Origin: an uncultured Candidatus Rokubacteria bacterium | GTDB lineage: Bacteria > Methylomirabilota > Methylomirabilia > Rokubacteriales > CSP1-6 | DNA: 64,000 bases | Assembly (NCBI GenBank): GCA_963754315.1 | Contig: CAVWFS010000005.1 | Span: 64,001 to 128,000, forward strand | Reading direction: 5' to 3' | Shown: piece after piece, positions 52,990-62,281 of the stretch | Layout: each line of letters starts with the position of its first letter | Numbering within the stretch: the first letter of the stretch is position 1 | Notes under the pieces: model-generated | Database searches by the model: none | Seen by the model: the letters and a program-made list of their open reading frames with translations, nothing else | Told to the model about the DNA's origin: nothing | Translations under genes and position numbers: made by a program

Positions 52990-54141
52990 ATGTCATTGCG
53001 AGACAAGGGCGCGATCACAGGCGTGGGCGAGACGGCGTATAGCCGCAATTCCGGCCAGACGGTCGTTGCGCTCCAGATGAGCGCCGCCCTGGCCGCCATT
53101 GCCGACGCGGGACTGAGCCCGAAGGACATCGACGGCATCATTCCCTATGGGACGAGCGGCGTCGTTGCCGAGGACTTCGTCACCAACTTCGGTATTCCTG
53201 ACCTCCGCTTCTCGGCCACCACGCCGATGGGCGGTGCCAGCTGCGTGGCGGCCGTCCAGTGCGCGGCGGCCGCTATCAGCGCCGGCGTCTGCCGGCACGT
53301 CCTGATCCCGCTCGGACGCAACGGCGCGTCGCAGACGCGCATCGGATCGCGCGTCAGACAGTTGCCGCAGTTCCGCATGGTCGGCGAGTTCGAGATGCCC
53401 ATCGGGGCCATCGCCCCCGCCCAGCTCTACGCGCCGATGGCCCGGCGGCACATGGAGCTCTACGGGACTACCTCGCGCCAGTTCGGCGAGATCGCGGTGA
53501 CGACCCGCCGCCACGCCGGGCTGCACGGCAACGCCATGATGACGACGCCCATCACCCTCGAGGACCATCAGCAGTCGCGGATGATCGCCGACCCGCTGCG
53601 CCTGCTCGACTGTAGCCTGGAGAGCGACGGCGCCGCCGCCGTGATCGTGAGCGCGGCCGAGCGCGCCCCAGATCTGAAGAAGCGACCCGTCTACATCGCG
53701 GGGGTGGCCGAAGGCCATCCTGATTCGCCGAGCACGATCACGCAACGACCCGATCTCACGACGTTCGGCACTGCCAAGGCGGCGCCGCGCGCGTTCGCCA
53801 TGGCCGGGGTGACGCCGGCCGACATCGACGTCGCCGAGATCTACGACTGCTTCACGTTCAACGTGCTCTGCCAGATCGAGGACCTCGGCTTCTGCAAGAA
53901 GGGCGAAGGCGGGCCATTCGTGGAGGGCGGTGCGCTCGGGCTCGGCGGCCGCTTGCCCGTGAACACCCACGGCGGGCTCCTGTCGCAGGCGCACATGGCA
54001 GGTCTCAATCACATCGTCGAGCTGGTGCGGCAGCTCCGCGGCGAGGGCGGCGCCACCCAGGTTCCCGACGCCGAGGTCGGCCTCGTGACCGGCTACGGCG
54101 ATCTGGGCGACGGCGCCGTCGCCATCATGCGCCGAGGCTGA
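52990..54141 (+). CDS. Thiolase-like (SCP-x/Ltp-type) protein
   Basis: AITGVGET, DCSLESDG, EIYDCFT, NTHGGLLS. Confidence 0.92.
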   Translation: MSLRDKGAITGVGETAYSRNSGQTVVALQMSAALAAIADAGLSPKDIDGIIPYGTSGVVAEDFVTNFGIPDLRFSATTPMGGASCVAAVQCAAAAISAGVCRHVLIPLGRNGASQTRIGSRVRQLPQFRMVGEFEMPIGAIAPAQLYAPMARRHMELYGTTSRQFGEIAVTTRRHAGLHGNAMMTTPITLEDHQQSRMIADPLRLLDCSLESDGAAAVIVSAAERAPDLKKRPVYIAGVAEGHPDSPSTITQRPDLTTFGTAKAAPRAFAMAGVTPADIDVAEIYDCFTFNVLCQIEDLGFCKKGEGGPFVEGGALGLGGRLPVNTHGGLLSQAHMAGLNHIVELVRQLRGEGGATQVPDAEVGLVTGYGDLGDGAVAIMRRG

Positions 54142-54145
54142 CCGT

Positions 54146-54562
54146 ATGACCGACCTTGCCTACACCAAGCCCCTCCCGGAGCCGGACCGCGACACCATGC
54201 CGTACTGGGACGCGCTGAGGGAGGGCCGGCTGGTCATCCAGCAATGCGCCGCGTGCGGCAAGCTGCGCCACTATCCGCGCCCGGTCTGCGATTCGTGCTA
54301 CTCCATGGACGCCACCTGGCGGCAGCTGTCGGGACGAGGCTCGATCCACAGCTGGACAATCGCCCATCATCCGTTCCACTCGGGGTTCAAGACCGAGCTG
54401 CCGTATGTGCTGGCCACCGTGGACCTGGTCGAAGGCGTCCGCATGATCGCCCAACTCCGCGACGTCGCGCCCGATGCCATCAGGGTCGGCCTTCCGGTCG
54501 AGATCGCCTTCGAGCGGGCGACGGACGAGCTGACCTTACCCGTCTTCCGGCAGATCGCCTGA
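54146..54562 (+). CDS. DUF35 Zn-ribbon/OB-fold protein
   Basis: CAAC..CDSC, GRGSIHSWT, PYVLATVDL. Confidence 0.92.
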   Translation: MTDLAYTKPLPEPDRDTMPYWDALREGRLVIQQCAACGKLRHYPRPVCDSCYSMDATWRQLSGRGSIHSWTIAHHPFHSGFKTELPYVLATVDLVEGVRMIAQLRDVAPDAIRVGLPVEIAFERATDELTLPVFRQIA

Positions 54563-54575
54563 CGCGCCTCGCGCC

Positions 54576-55127
54576 CTACAATCCCTTTTCCGTCGGATGC
54601 GTCGGGGCCTCCAGCTCGTAGGTGTTCATGTTGTACGCCAGCACCGCATAGCACGCGATCAGATTCGTCAAGGTCATGGTTCCGCGCTGCCCGAACCGGG
54701 TGGTGGCGGCCTCGAACGTCGGCCGGCTGACCTTGCGGTTCTGGAGAAGCTCGCGGGTGAAGTCCACCACGACTTGCTCCTCCGGCTCGAGGTTGGTCAG
54801 CGGGCGCCTCTCGCGGATGCTGTCCACGATGTCGTCGCGGACGCCGGCCTGCCGGGCCGCGGCGGCGTGAGCGTACCAGATGAAGGCGCAGCTCATCTCC
54901 CTGGCCACCGAGATCATGACCAGCTCCTGCAGCTTCTGGGGCAGGCTGCCCTCCTCGCGCAGGTGCATCCGCAGGGCCTCGAGCCGCTGCGCCATCTCGG
55001 GCATGTGCAGCAGGAGCGAGTACGGGCCGACGTTGGGCCTGTTCGCCCGGCTCGCCATGAAGGCGTCAAACGCAGGTCTTTCCTTCTCGGCAATCTGTTC
55101 TCTGGTGACGAGCGGTATGCGAGCCAT
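54576..55127 (-). CDS. Carboxymuconolactone decarboxylase/AhpD-like protein
   Basis: GPYSLLLH, ELVMISVARE..WYAH; RBS AGGAGG. Confidence 0.85.
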   Translation of the reverse strand: MARIPLVTREQIAEKERPAFDAFMASRANRPNVGPYSLLLHMPEMAQRLEALRMHLREEGSLPQKLQELVMISVAREMSCAFIWYAHAAAARQAGVRDDIVDSIRERRPLTNLEPEEQVVVDFTRELLQNRKVSRPTFEAATTRFGQRGTMTLTNLIACYAVLAYNMNTYELEAPTHPTEKGL

Positions 55128-55159
55128 GAAACCTCCTTGAGAGTCACTCACTGCTGTTC

Positions 55160-56182
55160 TCACGCGTGATGGCCCTGCGCCAGCTGGATCAACGAATCGT
55201 GGATACGGCGGTCGATCTCGATACCCTCGCGCGCGAGGCGCGCCCGCTCCCGATACGCGCGTTCCCCGGGAATGCGGATCTCGTCGACGCCTTCCTGCCG
55301 CGGCGTCGCCTTGATCGCCGCGATCTCGGTCGCCAGCGCGCGCCGATAGTCGTTCAGCGGAATGAACAGGTCGGGCTTGAATGCGATGAAGAGGTAGCCG
55401 CCGCTCTCTTCGTCCGTCATCCCGCCACAGAGCACACCGAGGGCGTGCATCGCAAGCGCCAGCGCATAGCCCTTGTGCCCCCCGAACGGCAGGAGGGCGC
55501 CGCGGCGGGCGGCGCCTGCGTCGGTCGTGGCCCGACCGTACTCGTCGATGGCCACGCCCGCGGGCAGCGGGATACCGAGGCGCTGCCGGAACTGGAGATC
55601 GGTGCCCATGAAGGCGGAGGTGCCCAGATCGATCACCAGCGGGTCGCCCTCCATTGGGAAGCCGAAGGCGATTGGATTAGTACCGAGGGCCGCCTTGGCC
55701 CCACCCAGCGGCGCTACCAGAGGGGGGGCCGCCACGGTGTGGATCCCGATCAGCCCCGTCCGCGCCACCATCTCGACGTAGTACGCGCTGCGGCCACTCA
55801 TCCAGATGTTGTTGACACCGACGATCGCGAAGCCATGCCGCTCGGCACGTTCGATCACGGCGCATGTCGCGTAGTACATGCCCAGCATGCCGCTCTGGTT
55901 GCCGCCGTCGAAGAGCACCGACGTGCTCGTCTCCCGGAGCACGCGCATCGGACGGCGAGGAGCCTTGAAGCGCGGGTGATCGGCGACGTTGAGCAGCTTC
56001 GGCAGGCCGGAGTACTCGTAGCCGCACAGGGCCGCGTCGATGACGTGGTCGGCGAGGATCCGGGCCTCCTCGGCCTCATAGCCAATCCCGCGCATGGCAC
56101 CCTCGGCGAGCGCGCGGGCCTCGGCGAGGCTCAGGTGGACACGTGCGGAGAGAGGGCTCGGCATGAGCAGGCGTTCCATCAT
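55160..56182 (-). CDS. Ldh_2 family (malate/L-lactate/sulfolactate-type) dehydrogenase
   Basis: GTNPIAFG, DLGTSA, LPFGGHKG, RIPGE. Confidence 0.9.
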   Translation of the reverse strand: MMERLLMPSPLSARVHLSLAEARALAEGAMRGIGYEAEEARILADHVIDAALCGYEYSGLPKLLNVADHPRFKAPRRPMRVLRETSTSVLFDGGNQSGMLGMYYATCAVIERAERHGFAIVGVNNIWMSGRSAYYVEMVARTGLIGIHTVAAPPLVAPLGGAKAALGTNPIAFGFPMEGDPLVIDLGTSAFMGTDLQFRQRLGIPLPAGVAIDEYGRATTDAGAARRGALLPFGGHKGYALALAMHALGVLCGGMTDEESGGYLFIAFKPDLFIPLNDYRRALATEIAAIKATPRQEGVDEIRIPGERAYRERARLAREGIEIDRRIHDSLIQLAQGHHA

Positions 56183-56240
56183 ACCCCCGGGCCTGTGCTA
56201 GCGTGATCAGGCTCGATCAACGAGTCAGCGGAGGACATCC

Positions 56241-57008
56241 ATGGTCCGCTTCGCGTCCTTTCCGAGCCTCGAAGGCCGCGTCGCCTTCGTCACCGGGGGC
56301 GGCAGTGGCATCGGTGCCTCGATCGTCGAGCACCTTTGCGCCCAGCGCACCCGGGTTGCCTTCGTGGACATCGAGCGCGCGGCGTCCGAGGCGCTCGTGC
56401 GGACGATCGCGCAGCGCGGCCACCCGGCCCCCACCTTCTTGCCGTGCGACCTGCGCGACATCGCGGCGCTGCAGACGGCCGTGGCCGAGGTCCGGAGTCG
56501 GCTCGGCCCCATCAACGTGCTGGTCAACAACGCGGCTCACGACGAGCGTCACGCGATCGAGCGGGTCACCCCCGAATACTGGGACGACCGGTTCGCGGTC
56601 AACCTGCGGCACCAGTTCTTTGCCGCCCAGGCCGTCGTGCCCGACATGACCGTGGCCGGCGGCGGCTCGATCATCAACGTCGGCTCGACTTCGTGGCTGA
56701 TCGGCCAGGGCGGCATGCCCGCCTACCTCAGCGCCAAAGCAGCGGTGGCCGGACTCACCCGGGCCCTCGCCCGCGACCTCGGGCCCATGAATATCCGCGT
56801 CAACTGCATCGTCCCCGGCTGGATCATGACCGAGCGGCAGGTCAGACTCTGGCTCACGCCCGAGGGTGAGCAGGAGCTGCTGCGACGACAGTGTCTGAAG
56901 CGCAAGTTGCTGCCTGAGGACATCGCCCGCGTCGTGCTCTTTTTTGCTGCCGACGACAGCTCGGCCTGCACGAACCAGAGCTACGTCGTCGACGGCGGCT
57001 GGGTGTGA
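56241..57008 (+). CDS. SDR oxidoreductase (D-xylose dehydrogenase-like subgroup)
   Basis: TGGGSGIG, NNAAHDERH, YLSAK, PGWIMTERQ. Confidence 0.9.
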   Translation: MVRFASFPSLEGRVAFVTGGGSGIGASIVEHLCAQRTRVAFVDIERAASEALVRTIAQRGHPAPTFLPCDLRDIAALQTAVAEVRSRLGPINVLVNNAAHDERHAIERVTPEYWDDRFAVNLRHQFFAAQAVVPDMTVAGGGSIINVGSTSWLIGQGGMPAYLSAKAAVAGLTRALARDLGPMNIRVNCIVPGWIMTERQVRLWLTPEGEQELLRRQCLKRKLLPEDIARVVLFFAADDSSACTNQSYVVDGGWV

Positions 57009-57472
57009 GGCGACATCCGGACGTGACGCGACGGGTGATATTTCTCGACATCGACGGGGTGCTGGCGCCGATCCGCCGCTGGGATCGGTACGGGGATCTG
57101 GACCCTGGGTGCATTCAGGTGTTGAACGAGATCGTGACGCGCGGCGGAGCCGACGTCGTCGTCTCGTCCACCTGGCGGTACGGCAAGACCGTCGCCGAGC
57201 TGCAGGAGATGCTGGCCGCCCAGGGATTCACCGGCTGCGTGCGCGACAAGACCCCGACCGGCACCCCTGGCGCCGACCGGGGACAGGAGATCGCCGCCTG
57301 GCTCGCGGAGCATGCCGTGGGCGGCTATGTGATCATCGACGATCACGTCGACGTGGGCGAGCTCCGCACCCATCTCGTTCAGACGCATCCGGCCCATGGG
57401 CTCCAGCCCGCCGACGGGGCGCGAGCCATCGCGATGCTCATGCGACACACCACAGGAGGACCGCCATGCTGA
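57005..57472 (+). CDS. HAD-superfamily protein (HAD_SAK-like)
   Basis: IFLDIDGVL, VVSSTWR, RGQEI, VIIDD. Confidence 0.85.
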   Translation: MRRHPDVTRRVIFLDIDGVLAPIRRWDRYGDLDPGCIQVLNEIVTRGGADVVVSSTWRYGKTVAELQEMLAAQGFTGCVRDKTPTGTPGADRGQEIAAWLAEHAVGGYVIIDDHVDVGELRTHLVQTHPAHGLQPADGARAIAMLMRHTTGGPPC

Positions 57473-58299
57473 TCGTCGATTCCCAGATCCACCTCTGGCA
57501 GAACGACAAGATGAGCGCGCACCATCGCCAGATTCCGACCTATTCGGTCGACGATGCGCTGGCCGAAATGGCCTCGGCCGGAGTCGATTGTGCGGTGATC
57601 CATCCGCCCAGCTCGCTCGGCGAGCCGGTCAATGCGCTCGCCGTCGAGGCGGTGCGCGCGCACCCCGACAAGTTCTGCATCCTCGGGCACTTCGACCTGC
57701 AAAGCCCGGATCGTGAGCAGATCGTCACCCGCTGGCGCGAACGGCCGGGCATGCTCGGATTCCGGTTCACCTTCAACCAGCCACATCAGAAGGCCTGGTG
57801 GACCGACGGCTCGCTCGACTGGTTCTGGGCGGCCTGCGAGAAGGCGCAATTACCCGTGGGGCTCCTGGCCGGGGGAAACATGGCCGCCCTGGCCAGGATC
57901 GCCGAGCGGCATCCTCGTCTGAAACTGCACATCGACCACCTCGGGCGTCATGGCGGAGGTACCGGGAAGACCGATGACACGGCCTTTGCCGACCTCGCGG
58001 ACATGCTGACCCTCGCCAGATTTCCCAATGTGGCGGTCAAGATGTCGGGCGCGCCGAGCTATTCGAGCCAGCCCTACCCGTACAAGAACATCCACGGCTA
58101 TCTGCGCCAGATCTTCGAGGCGTTCGGGCCAGAGCGCTCGTTCTGGGGTACCGACATTACCCGCATGCCGTGCTCGTATCGGCAATGCGTGACGATGTTC
58201 ACCGAGGAACTGCCGTGGCTCCGGGGCCGCGACCTCGAGCGGGTGATGGGAGGGGCCATCGTCGACTGGCTCGGCTGGAAGCGCCCTCCCGCGCGCTGA
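57466..58299 (+). CDS. Amidohydrolase_2 family protein
   Basis: DSQIHLW, IDHLG, VKMSG, FWGTD; RBS AGGAGG. Confidence 0.9.
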   Translation: MLIVDSQIHLWQNDKMSAHHRQIPTYSVDDALAEMASAGVDCAVIHPPSSLGEPVNALAVEAVRAHPDKFCILGHFDLQSPDREQIVTRWRERPGMLGFRFTFNQPHQKAWWTDGSLDWFWAACEKAQLPVGLLAGGNMAALARIAERHPRLKLHIDHLGRHGGGTGKTDDTAFADLADMLTLARFPNVAVKMSGAPSYSSQPYPYKNIHGYLRQIFEAFGPERSFWGTDITRMPCSYRQCVTMFTEELPWLRGRDLERVMGGAIVDWLGWKRPPAR

Positions 58300-58322
58300 T
58301 CGTCGCACGGCGGCAGCGGCGC

Positions 58323-58385
58323 GCGTCAGGCCGGCGGCTGGAGCGTCAGGCCGGCGGCTGGAGCGTCAGGCCGGCTGGAGCGTCA
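58323..58385. repeat. Short tandem repeat over the stop codon of the downstream LLM gene
   Basis: GCGTCAGGCCGGCGGCTGGA x2, then a 17-nt variant and a partial copy. Confidence 0.85.
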
Positions 58386-59376
58386 CCTCGTCCGCGAACG
58401 CCGGTCGCACCTCGCGCGCGAAGCGCCGCAGGGACGCCGGGCCGCCCGCGCTGTTGAGTAGCACGTAGGCCGCCCCCGCGGCCCGCAGGGCCTCGAGCTT
58501 GAGGGCGATCGCCTCGGGCGTGCCGTAGAGAGCGCCGGCGCCGATCGCCTCGTCCGAGATCATGCGCTTGTCGTTGTTCCCGTCCGGCCGAAAGGTCAGC
58601 CGGTCGATCCGCCGGCGGGCCGCGATGCGCGTCTCGAACGCCTTCTCCAGCTCGGCTTGTGTGTTCACCACGTTGATGGATCGGGTGACCCCGACCATCA
58701 TCGGATCGAACGTGCGCCCATGCCTCTCGACTTCCGATCTGTAGAGCGCGATCCGCTCGCCGATCTCGGCGACGGAGGCGTACTGATCGAGCAGCAGCTT
58801 GTAACCCTGGGCCGCGACCTTCTTGATGGACTCGGGGCTGCCGGCCCCCATCCACAGCGGCGGATGGGGTTTCTGCGCCGTCGGCGGCTCGACGACCACG
58901 TCGTCGAACTGCCAGTACTTGCCCCGGTGCGACCAGGGAGTGTCCGACGTCCACGCCTTGAGGAGGACGGCCAGGGATTCGTCGAAGCGCTCGGCGGCCT
59001 CCTCCATGGGCACGCAGAACCCGGCGAACTCCCGGTAGCGATAGCCCACGCCGATCCCGAAATCGAGCCGGCCCTGCGACAGCAGGTCGAGGGTGGCCGC
59101 CTGCTCGGCCAGCAACACGGGGTTGTGCCACGGCAAGACGATCACCGCCGTGCCCAGCCGCAAGGTCGTGGTGCGCGCCGCGATGAACGTGAGCAGATTC
59201 ATGGTCGCCGAGATCTGGCCGAATCCGGTGAAATGGTGCTCGACGAGGAACGTGCTGCAGAAGCCGAGCGCCTCCGCCTCGACGTTGTAGTCGACGAACT
59301 CCCGAAACCCCACGCCGCTGTCGACGTCGGGGCCGCCTCGCTTCGCCTGCGCGCTGCCGAAGATTCCGAATCGCAT
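58366..59376 (-). CDS. LLM-class flavin-dependent oxidoreductase
   Basis: MRFGIF, VEHHF, ATLDLLSQGRLDFGIG. Confidence 0.92.
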   Translation of the reverse strand: MRFGIFGSAQAKRGGPDVDSGVGFREFVDYNVEAEALGFCSTFLVEHHFTGFGQISATMNLLTFIAARTTTLRLGTAVIVLPWHNPVLLAEQAATLDLLSQGRLDFGIGVGYRYREFAGFCVPMEEAAERFDESLAVLLKAWTSDTPWSHRGKYWQFDDVVVEPPTAQKPHPPLWMGAGSPESIKKVAAQGYKLLLDQYASVAEIGERIALYRSEVERHGRTFDPMMVGVTRSINVVNTQAELEKAFETRIAARRRIDRLTFRPDGNNDKRMISDEAIGAGALYGTPEAIALKLEALRAAGAAYVLLNSAGGPASLRRFAREVRPAFADEVTLQPA

Positions 59377-59386
59377 CCCGTCCCTC

Positions 59387-60355
59387 CTAGCTCCGCAGCT
59401 CGGGAACGACCCAGAAGGGGGCGCGCCCGGCTTCCACCCGCTGAATGTTGTCGAAGCCGTTGCGGTACGCCTTCGTCCAGTTATCCCAGGTGGGGCCGGC
59501 ACTGTGAGGGGTCAGGGTGACGTTCGGAAGCGAGAACAGCGGGTGGTTCGGCTTGGGCGGCTCCTCCACCATCACGTCCAGACCGGCGGCGGCGATCGTG
59601 CCCGAGGTGAGCGCCTGATGGAGGGCGTCCTCGTCGACGACGGGACCACGGCAGGTGTTGATGAGGATCGCGCCGCGCTTCATCATCGCGAACTCGCGCG
59701 TGGACATCATCCGGCGGGTGACGTCGTTCAACGGCACGTGGAGGGTCACGATGTCGGAGGTGCGGAGGAGCTCGGTGAAGAGGGCGAAGCGAACGCCGAG
59801 CGTATCTTCCTGGTCCTCGGTGAGGCGGAGGATGTCGTAGTAGCGAACGTCCATATCGAAGCCCTGAACGCGGCGCGCGACCTTCTTGCCGATGTTGCCG
59901 AGACCCACGATGCCGAGCCGCTTGCCTTCCACCTCGTAGGTACGCATGGCGGCGAAGTCGGCGGCCCGCCACTTCCCGGCGGCGACGTTGTTGTGGTGAT
60001 ACACGAGCTTCTTGAGCACGGCCAGCATGAGCATGACGGCGTGCTCGGCGACGGCGACCGAGTTGGCGCCGCCGTTATTCGCCACGGGCACCCGGGCCTT
60101 GCGCGCGGCCTCGAGGTCGACCCGGTCGTAGCCGGCGCTGGTCAGCTGCACCAGCTTCAGCTTGGGCGTGGCGCGGAAGAACTCGTTGCCGATCCCGTGG
60201 CGCGGCGAGCCGAGATAATAGTCGGCGTCGGCCGCGACATCGTAGAACTCGGGTTTGGTCGGATCGACGACGATCAGCTCCATGCCGGGCGGAAGCAGCT
60301 CGCGCGCGATCTCCATGACGGGAGCCGGCTGCTGAGGCGTGAGAATCTTGGTCAC
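59387..60355 (-). CDS. D-isomer-specific 2-hydroxyacid dehydrogenase
   Basis: AGYD, SVAVAEH, GLGNIG, INTCRG, LDV..EP, TPHSAG; GTG start. Confidence 0.93.
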   Translation of the reverse strand: MTKILTPQQPAPVMEIARELLPPGMELIVVDPTKPEFYDVAADADYYLGSPRHGIGNEFFRATPKLKLVQLTSAGYDRVDLEAARKARVPVANNGGANSVAVAEHAVMLMLAVLKKLVYHHNNVAAGKWRAADFAAMRTYEVEGKRLGIVGLGNIGKKVARRVQGFDMDVRYYDILRLTEDQEDTLGVRFALFTELLRTSDIVTLHVPLNDVTRRMMSTREFAMMKRGAILINTCRGPVVDEDALHQALTSGTIAAAGLDVMVEEPPKPNHPLFSLPNVTLTPHSAGPTWDNWTKAYRNGFDNIQRVEAGRAPFWVVPELRS

Positions 60356-60515
60356 GAGTCTCCTCCTGGGGACAGCGTCAGGTTGCCGTGTAGTGTAGCC
60401 GAGCCTCGCCTTGAGACCCACCGGGGCGCTACTGGCGGGTCTTCGAAGCGCGGTGGGAACCCGCGTGACGGCCAGGGCGACATCCCGTAAGCTGGGGCTG
60501 AAGGGAGATCGGTCT

Positions 60516-60749
60516 ATGGCAGCGCTCGATTGGTCCCAGTGCCCGGCTGTCGAGAGTATTCCTGGCAAAGTCAGTGGCGCCTGGGTATTCAAGGGGACGC
60601 GCACGCCCGTGGCGGTTGTCTTCGAGAATCTCGAGGACGGCATGACCATTGACGAAGTGATGGAGCAGTTCCCGGTGTCGCGGGAGCAGATCAAGGCTGT
60701 CCTCGAATTCGCCGCCAGGAGTCTCGATGCGCCTGTACCCGGACGTTGA
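60516..60749 (+). CDS. DUF433 antitoxin
   Basis: PGKVSGAWVFKGTRTPV..FENLEDG..EQFP. Confidence 0.9.
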   Translation: MAALDWSQCPAVESIPGKVSGAWVFKGTRTPVAVVFENLEDGMTIDEVMEQFPVSREQIKAVLEFAARSLDAPVPGR

Positions 60750-61075
60750 TGCGAGTTCTCTTCGACAATGGGACGCCGAGAGGTGTTGCGGCCGCCTTGG
60801 CAGATCACATCGTCGAAGAGGCTCGGTCGCGAGGCTGGGACGCGCTCACGAACGGTGAACTACTCGATGCCGCTGAAGCCGCTGGATTCGACGTGTTCGT
60901 CACGACGGATCGCAGTATCCCCTACCAACAGAATATGACGACCCGAAGGATCGCTGTCGTGGTGCTTGACAAGACGCGCTGGAGACTGATCAAAGCCAGG
61001 CTCCCTCAGATTGCCGGTGCCGTTGCCGCGGCGATGCCCGGCAGCGTCGTCGAGGTCGAGATCCCCGTCGACTGA
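60746..61075 (+). CDS. DUF5615 PIN-like toxin
   Basis: RVLFDNGTP, NGELL, FVTTDRSIPYQQN; overlaps the DUF433 gene. Confidence 0.88.
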   Translation: MMRVLFDNGTPRGVAAALADHIVEEARSRGWDALTNGELLDAAEAAGFDVFVTTDRSIPYQQNMTTRRIAVVVLDKTRWRLIKARLPQIAGAVAAAMPGSVVEVEIPVD

Positions 61076-61098
61076 GTCACGGAGCTGTCGGGTGTGCT

Positions 61099-62151
61099 TC
61101 AGACGCGCTCCAGGACGCGCGCCCACTCCTCGATCGCGTCCTCGTGCTGGGGAGCCAGGCAGATGGCGAGTTGCTGGTAGCCTGCGGCGGCCAGCCCGCG
61201 CACGCGCTCGACGAGCTCGTCGGCCGTTCCGGTCGTGGTCAGGTCGCGGATGAGCGGGGCCGTGAGGAAGGGTTCCTCCTCGGGGCGCGGCCGTATGAAG
61301 TGGCCCCGATGCAAGGTGAGGTAACGCGCGTTGGCGGGCTCGTAGCTCTCGTAGAGGCGCCGGTACTCGGCAACGGCCGGGGCCAACGCCTCGGGCACAC
61401 GGGCTTTGATGGATGCGTCCATCACGCCGTGAAAGAACGCCAGGGCCAGCGGACCGGCCTGGGCGCGGGCGCGCGGCCCGTCCGCCGATTCACCATCGGC
61501 GAGGACGCAGCCCATGGTGAAGGCGGTCTTGTAGAGCGTGGTGGGATCGCGCCCGGCGGCGCGGCAGCTCGCGTCCATCTCGCGGATATCGCGCTCGGCG
61601 CGCGATGGGCGGCCGACGAACGCGAGCCAGCCGTCGCCAATCTCGGCCGCGAGCGCGCGCACACGCGGGCCGAAGGCGGACACGTGCAGTGGCATGGGGC
61701 TGCCCACCGCGAGTAGACCGGCCGCGGGATCGAGAAACCGCACCGTTCGTGGGGCTCCCTCGGCCTCCCATTGCACGGTCTCACCGGCCACCAGCCCCCG
61801 AACCACCCGGACGTACTCGCGAAGATCCGCCAGACGCATCGCCGGCAATCCCATGGTGTTGCGCGCCGTGAACCCCGTCCCCACGCCGAAGTCGATGCGG
61901 CCAGGCGCGAGCTTGAGCAAGGTGGCGAAGCCGTTGGCGGCGGCGGGGGCGATGCGGTTGGTGGGCACGAGCACGCCGGTACCAAGCCGGATCCGGCTCG
62001 TCCTCACAGCGGCGAGGGCCATGGATACGAAGATGTCGGCACAGAGCATCTGGGTATCGTAGAACCAGGCGTGGGAGAACCCGAGCGCCTCGGCGCGCTG
62101 CGCGACCTTCCAGCCGTCGACACCAGAAGCGATCCCGATCCCGAAGTCCAT
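61099..62151 (-). CDS. LLM-class (Mer-like) flavin-dependent oxidoreductase
   Basis: MDFGIG, AWFYDTQ, RIRLGTGV, PGRIDFGVGTG. Confidence 0.9.
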   Translation of the reverse strand: MDFGIGIASGVDGWKVAQRAEALGFSHAWFYDTQMLCADIFVSMALAAVRTSRIRLGTGVLVPTNRIAPAAANGFATLLKLAPGRIDFGVGTGFTARNTMGLPAMRLADLREYVRVVRGLVAGETVQWEAEGAPRTVRFLDPAAGLLAVGSPMPLHVSAFGPRVRALAAEIGDGWLAFVGRPSRAERDIREMDASCRAAGRDPTTLYKTAFTMGCVLADGESADGPRARAQAGPLALAFFHGVMDASIKARVPEALAPAVAEYRRLYESYEPANARYLTLHRGHFIRPRPEEEPFLTAPLIRDLTTTGTADELVERVRGLAAAGYQQLAICLAPQHEDAIEEWARVLERV

Positions 62152-62281
62152 TGGATCTTCCTCGCCTTCTTCCTCACCACGCCCGCGCCCAAGGGAGCGC
62201 GAGCTGCCGAGTATACTGTACCGGCCACGCACGGGGCGCCCTCGCCGAAGTCGTGCGAGAGCAGGTCAGGAGAAGAACACT

